A stretch of 60,328 nt of DNA from Streptomyces virus Wollford (lineage: Duplodnaviria; Heunggongvirae; Uroviricota; Caudoviricetes), in the IMG/VR virus record IMGVR_UViG_2974628344_000001, positions 1-60,328 of that record; one strand, 5' to 3'. Positions 56,004-60,328 of this stretch are shown piece after piece (the first letter of the stretch is position 1; each line of letters begins with the position of its first letter). Both the position numbers and the translations under genes were made by a program. A model generated the notes under the pieces. That model saw nothing but the letters and a program-made list of their open reading frames with translations, was not told the DNA's origin and searched no databases.

Positions 56004-57195
56004 TTCAGTCTGCGCAACAAAGCAGATTGCTCCACTAATGGCGGACAACGTTGATGATCTATTTGGTCCCTTCCGGGATGTGTGGATCTCAATGCGTCAG
56101 TATTACATGCAGTACAAGTCCATCCCGGACATTACAGTTCTGACTGACAAGTTTAAGCAGCTAGAGGCAGTGCAGGCGGAAGCTGAACCTGCCTTCTATC
56201 TGGAAGAGCTGAAGTCAGAATTCCTATACTCTCGCATGGATGAAATCATGCAAAAGGGTATGGGCGCGCTGGACAAGTATGCACCAGCTCAGGTTCTTGA
56301 TAAGCTGATGCAAGAGCTGGGCAACCTTGGCAGGTTTACAAATAACGTTCGCGACCTTGATATCACTGACTACGAACAGGCCGAGAGGCACCTTCTAACC
56401 GTCAAGGAAAAGGCGGCAATTACAGGTGCAGTAGGTATCAAGACGAATGTTAAAGCAATTGATGCTGCCTATCCTACAGGCATGGCCGGTGGCCATTTCA
56501 TCGTTGCTATCGGTTGGCCAGGACGTGGTAAGACATGGTTCACTGCTTATCTAGCAATTCAGGCATGGCTACAAGGCTACAAGCCAATGATCGTCTCTCT
56601 TGAGATGAGTCCTGAGAACATGCGAGACCGAATCTATACAATGATGGCTTCTGGTCTGTTCTCTGCAACCGACTTTGCTCGTGGTCAAATCAATATCGAT
56701 AACTTCCGCGAGTGGGGAAAGAAGAAGCTAACTGATACTCCAGCATTCACCATTGTCTCAAACGAGGGAATTGGCGATGTAACTCCAAATGTCGTACAGG
56801 GCAAGATTGAGCAGCACAGGCCAGATATTGTGATCTGTGACTATCACCAGCTCTTTACTGACAATTCTAAGTCAGCCAATCCTACTCAGCGAAACATGAT
56901 GCTTTCAAAGGAATTCAAGCGTCTAGCCATGACGAATAACATTCCTCTGATTGACATTACTGCTGCTACTAACAACGATGGCATCTCAGGTCAGGACAAT
57001 CCTCCCATGTTGAGCCAGGTTGCGTGGTCCAAGCAGATCGAGTATGATGCTGACATGGCCTTCGCGGTTCACCGTGATAACGACAGTGGCCTGATTGAAG
57101 TTATTTCCAGAAAGAACCGTCATGGTTCAGACTTTGGGTTCTACCTTGAAGCTGATCTTGACCGTGGTATCTGGAAGGAAAGTTACGGCGCGTAA
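55975..57195 (+). CDS. dnaB: DnaB-like replicative helicase
   Basis: Walker A GWPGRGKT, SLEMS, ICDYHQL, SKQIEYDAD, KNRHG. Confidence 0.92.
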   Translation: MPTTAEKLINSVCATKQIAPLMADNVDDLFGPFRDVWISMRQYYMQYKSIPDITVLTDKFKQLEAVQAEAEPAFYLEELKSEFLYSRMDEIMQKGMGALDKYAPAQVLDKLMQELGNLGRFTNNVRDLDITDYEQAERHLLTVKEKAAITGAVGIKTNVKAIDAAYPTGMAGGHFIVAIGWPGRGKTWFTAYLAIQAWLQGYKPMIVSLEMSPENMRDRIYTMMASGLFSATDFARGQINIDNFREWGKKKLTDTPAFTIVSNEGIGDVTPNVVQGKIEQHRPDIVICDYHQLFTDNSKSANPTQRNMMLSKEFKRLAMTNNIPLIDITAATNNDGISGQDNPPMLSQVAWSKQIEYDADMAFAVHRDNDSGLIEVISRKNRHGSDFGFYLEADLDRGIWKESYGA

Positions 57196-57501
57196 ATGAT
57201 GCATAGTCATGTCAAAAGGTTTCAGGTGGACGGAATTATCAAAGATGATTCCGATTTTCCACGGCTGAGAGCACAATTCGAAGACATGCTGCTGACTGAA
57301 ATGCGCGATCGTGGATGGGCCCCGGTGCTGGATTTGGGGCCTTACTTTTCAACTGAATACAGAGAAGATGGATCATATAACTTTCTAATCACAGCATATG
57401 GGATATTTCTAGGGAGGCGAAAGGCTTGGGCGATCTCAGGGATATGCAATGGACAGGCAATACCAATGTCTACACCGAAGAACAAATCGAAGCGGTCTTG
57501 A
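57196..57501 (+). CDS. Hypothetical protein
   Basis: ORF between helicase and primase. Confidence 0.7.
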   Translation: MMHSHVKRFQVDGIIKDDSDFPRLRAQFEDMLLTEMRDRGWAPVLDLGPYFSTEYREDGSYNFLITAYGIFLGRRKAWAISGICNGQAIPMSTPKNKSKRS

Positions 57502-58502
57502 ATGACCTCGGTCTTGAGATCGACTCCGAAACTGGTAGAGACTTCATTTGCTTTTGTCCTTTCCACAATAACACGGAGACTCCGAGCTTTTCAGTTTCAA
57601 AGCACACGGGAGTCTTCCTGTGCTTCAATGCCATGTGTTCAGAACGTGGCAATCTAATTGAATTGGTTAAGAAGAAGTCAGCTTTTCCTCTAAAGGAATT
57701 TGAAGCAATGCGTTTCATTCTCAAGAGGAAGACTGGCAAGAAGTTGACAGCTCAGCAGAAGATCGATAAGATCAAGAAGCAGCGAGTTGATTTTGATATC
57801 ATGCCCGCTGCCCCATTTGATCGCATGTACGAATCATTCTGGAGTTATCCAGAGGCAGTTCGCTACATGGTAGAAGAACGAGGATTCGATGAAGATGTTC
57901 TTCAAGAATTCTATATTGGCTACTCTGCTAGAAACGACATGATCACTGTTCCAATGCATGACCCGGAGGGGAATTACATTGGTCTGATCGGCCGTGCGCT
58001 TGAGTCTAAGCGTTTTAAGAATTCCACAGCACTTCCTGTCAGCCGGACAATGTGGAATTTGCATCGTGCAAAAAAGGCCGGTGACACAGTAATCATTTGC
58101 GAAGCCAGCTTTGATGCTATGAGAATCCATCAGGCTGGTTATCCAAACGTAGTTGCCTTGCTGGGTGGTAATCTAAGCAATCTGCACATCGACTTGCTAG
58201 AACGATACTTCTCAGGTATTGTGATCATGACAGATTTCGATGACAAGTCAAAGTATGTTCAGAAGAATTGCCGAAAGTGCGAAGACCCTAATGACTGCCA
58301 GGGTCATAATCCTGGTCGAGAGCTTGGAAGTCTAATTGCCAGTCGAGTTAAGGGAAAGCGAATTCGATGGGCTGCAACAGATTACAAGCTTGTGTATCCT
58401 CATGGAGCCAAGGACGCAGGCGACATGACTGATGATGAGATTGTTCATTGCATCAAGAACAGTGTGTCCAATTTTGAGTACCAGCAGTGGGGATTGACCT
58501 GA
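57444..58502 (+). CDS. dnaG: DNA primase
   Basis: CPFH...TPSF...C; TOPRIM CEASFDA, ALLGG, DFD, KDAGD; start uncertain (57426-57444). Confidence 0.9.
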   Translation: MQWTGNTNVYTEEQIEAVLNDLGLEIDSETGRDFICFCPFHNNTETPSFSVSKHTGVFLCFNAMCSERGNLIELVKKKSAFPLKEFEAMRFILKRKTGKKLTAQQKIDKIKKQRVDFDIMPAAPFDRMYESFWSYPEAVRYMVEERGFDEDVLQEFYIGYSARNDMITVPMHDPEGNYIGLIGRALESKRFKNSTALPVSRTMWNLHRAKKAGDTVIICEASFDAMRIHQAGYPNVVALLGGNLSNLHIDLLERYFSGIVIMTDFDDKSKYVQKNCRKCEDPNDCQGHNPGRELGSLIASRVKGKRIRWAATDYKLVYPHGAKDAGDMTDDEIVHCIKNSVSNFEYQQWGLT

Positions 58503-58523
58503 TCAGCCCAAGTCTGCTATACT
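58494..58523 (+). promoter_or_regulatory. sigma70-type promoter
   Basis: TTGACC-18-TATACT. Confidence 0.7.
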
Positions 58524-58580
58524 CTTTATAGTAGGTTCGTTAGCAGCCTCGATAAAATACACAAGGAGTAAATAAACTAA

Positions 58581-59384
58581 ATGTCAGAACTAAAGGGTCT
58601 CGATGCGATCCGCGCTTATAAGAAGAAGATGGCCGAACAGGCTGCTGAGCGCGAGGAGCGAGCAAAGAATGCAGAAAAGCCTAGGGTAAAGTATCTTCGT
58701 CTAGGAGTTGACGAGTCTGTAAAGGTTCGTTTTCTACAGGAGATGGATACAGAGTCTCGCAACTATGATCCGAATCGCGGTGTAGGTATGGGTGCCATTG
58801 AGCACCAGGGAATTGATGACAATTTCAAGTACCGTGCAAACTGCACAATGGACACTGATAGCCGTTGCTGGGCCTGTGAAAAGTACCGCGCAGCTAAGAA
58901 GGACAGCAAGGAAAAGCAGTACGTACAAAAGAAGATGTACTACATCAATGTTCTTGTTGATCGTGGTGATGGCAATGAGCCAGAGGTTTACATTCTGAGT
59001 CGAAGCCTCAACTCTTCATTCGTGGTTGATCTTATGGAGGAAGCTGAGGAAGAGGGAAGCATCACCGAGAAGACTTATAAGCTTACTCGTCGTGGTGCTG
59101 GTACTGACTCAACTTATTCAATTCGTGAGGCAAAGAACGATACAACTTTCAATTCTGTAGATTTCGATAAGCTAGAGATCTTCGACATTGAAGGCCAGGT
59201 TCTTCGTAAGATTCCTTACGAGACTGATTACGAGAACAAGATTTTCAGCCAGGAGCAGTTCTACACTCAGCGTCCTGGTGACTGGAAGCGCGTCTTCGCT
59301 AACGAAGACGATGACTCTCAGCCTGCAACTGCTTCAACGCAGAAGACTGAGGATTCAGCTACCTCACTAGAGGTTGGTTGGTAA
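58581..59384 (+). CDS. Single-stranded DNA-binding protein (gp32-like)
   Basis: VRFL, C...CWAC, YYINV, YKLTRRG.GTD..Y, acidic C-terminal tail; located between primase and polymerase. Confidence 0.75.
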   Translation: MSELKGLDAIRAYKKKMAEQAAEREERAKNAEKPRVKYLRLGVDESVKVRFLQEMDTESRNYDPNRGVGMGAIEHQGIDDNFKYRANCTMDTDSRCWACEKYRAAKKDSKEKQYVQKKMYYINVLVDRGDGNEPEVYILSRSLNSSFVVDLMEEAEEEGSITEKTYKLTRRGAGTDSTYSIREAKNDTTFNSVDFDKLEIFDIEGQVLRKIPYETDYENKIFSQEQFYTQRPGDWKRVFANEDDDSQPATASTQKTEDSATSLEVGW

Positions 59385-59396
59385 TAGATTTGCGAG

Positions 59397-59451
59397 AGGC
59401 CCCCGAAAGGGGGCCTTCTTGCTTGACAGCTCTGATCAGGGCTGATAGTGT
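59397..59451 (+). terminator. Terminator hairpin fused to the downstream promoter
   Basis: AGGCCCCC-GAAA-GGGGGCCT, then TTGACA(59423)-17-TAGTGT. Confidence 0.75.
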
Positions 59452-59477
59452 GGACCTACACAACAAGAAAGGTAACC

Positions 59478-60328
59478 ATGAACATTACTGAGCTTCACCT
59501 TCATGATTACTACTCAGCTCTTGATGGATTGAATTCCCCCGATGAGTATATGGCTCGGGCAAAGGAGCTGGGAATGACACATCTTTCTCAGACTAATCAC
59601 GGAACACTGGCAGGGCATCGAGACTTCCAGCGAGCAGCCAAGGATGCAGGCATTGTGCCTATCCTTGGCGTAGAGGCTTATATCTCTGAAACCGGACGAT
59701 TCGATAAGACTGCCAAGAACAAGCGGACAGACGGTACCAGCGTCTACAATCACCTCATCATCCTTTCTCAGAATGAGACTGGACTCAAGACCCTACAGAC
59801 CATTAACGAAATTGCGTGGCGCGAAGGATACTACTACAAGCCGCGTATTGACATGGAGGTTCTTGAGGAGCACAATGACGGGCTGATCGTTCTGTCTGGA
59901 TGCCTCAATGGGCTCATCTGCAAGGCGCTCGAAGCTGGCAACGCCGAAAAGGCAATCAAGATTGCTCAGCGATTCAAGAGCATTTTTGGTGAGCGATTCT
60001 TCATTGAGGTTCAGGCTCACAATCCACTGGAAATGAATCAGGGCCTTCTGCATATTGCAGATTCTCTCGAAATTCGCCCGGTGGTAACAAGTGACTGTCA
60101 CTATGCTCGTAAGGAAGACCTATGGATTGAAGAGGCAATGCTAATTCTCTCCACTAATCCTAAGAGTATCAAGGACAGTGAATTCAACATGTCCAAGTCT
60201 CAGAAGATGGAAATCATGGAGAGGTTTAATTACCTCTATCCTGACCGAACGATGACGTTCCAGGAGATTGAGATCTATCTCCGATCTGCTGAAGAGCAGC
60301 GCAACGCCTTCCTTGAGCAGGGTATTGA
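59478..60328 (+). CDS. dnaE: DNA polymerase III alpha subunit-like, PHP domain (truncated by the window end)
   Basis: Translated by hand: MNITELHLHDYYSALDG...AKELG...TNHG...PILGVE.Y...HL.IL..N..G..L. Confidence 0.9.
   Translation, partial: MNITELHLHDYYSALDGLNSPDEYMARAKELGMTHLSQTNHGTLAGHRDFQRAAKDAGIVPILGVEAYISETGRFDKTAKNKRTDGTSVYNHLIILSQNETGLKTLQTINEIAWREGYYYKPRIDMEVLEEHNDGLIVLSGCLNGLICKALEAGNAEKAIKIAQRFKSIFGERFFIEVQAHNPLEMNQGLLHIADSLEIRPVVTSDCHYARKEDLWIEEAMLILSTNPKSIKDSEFNMSKSQKMEIMERFNYLYPDRTMTFQEIEIYLRSAEEQRNAFLEQGI

Noticed and set aside
34361-57967. Exact GACCCGGA (pSVH1 TraB recognition sequence) at 34361 and 57960
   Set aside because: Two copies in 60 kb is compatible with chance, and they are not clustered as in a clt locus

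Overview
This is the left ~60 kb of a large siphovirus infecting an actinomycete, most likely Streptomyces. Its layout resembles the SEA-PHAGES cluster BE-type phages with long direct terminal repeats; that assignment is from recollection, not a search. Four zones are visible. (1) 1-~11.2 kb is a GC-rich probable terminal repeat/early region. It holds ~25 small leftward genes, most built as cassettes (hairpin + CCG-SSS-CGG dyad + sigma70/HrdB-type promoter), including Lsr2-like, ParB-like, Gp88-like, DUF932 and L7/L12-domain genes. (2) ~11.3-18.4 kb is a leftward, AT-richer block: thyX, a DUF2637-like membrane protein whose gene carries a dense TGTCAC array, Dps, a cytidylyltransferase, two glycosyltransferases, a degenerate tRNA-Thr, an HNH-TM fusion and a secreted transglycosylase. 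(3) 18.8-54 kb is rightward: GT4, class II RNR, endolysin, head and tail modules, a 2100-aa tape measure and a 2004-aa tail fibre. (4) 54-60.3 kb covers holin, helicase, primase, SSB and the start of a DnaE-type polymerase. The strongest unexplained signals are at the DNA level: the 23-copy TGTCAC array, a dispersed CCCGGYG heptamer (~34 copies, mostly inside genes), and 16 intergenic CCGGGGCGG dyads punctuating the early cassettes. All motif counts were made by eye and should be recomputed.
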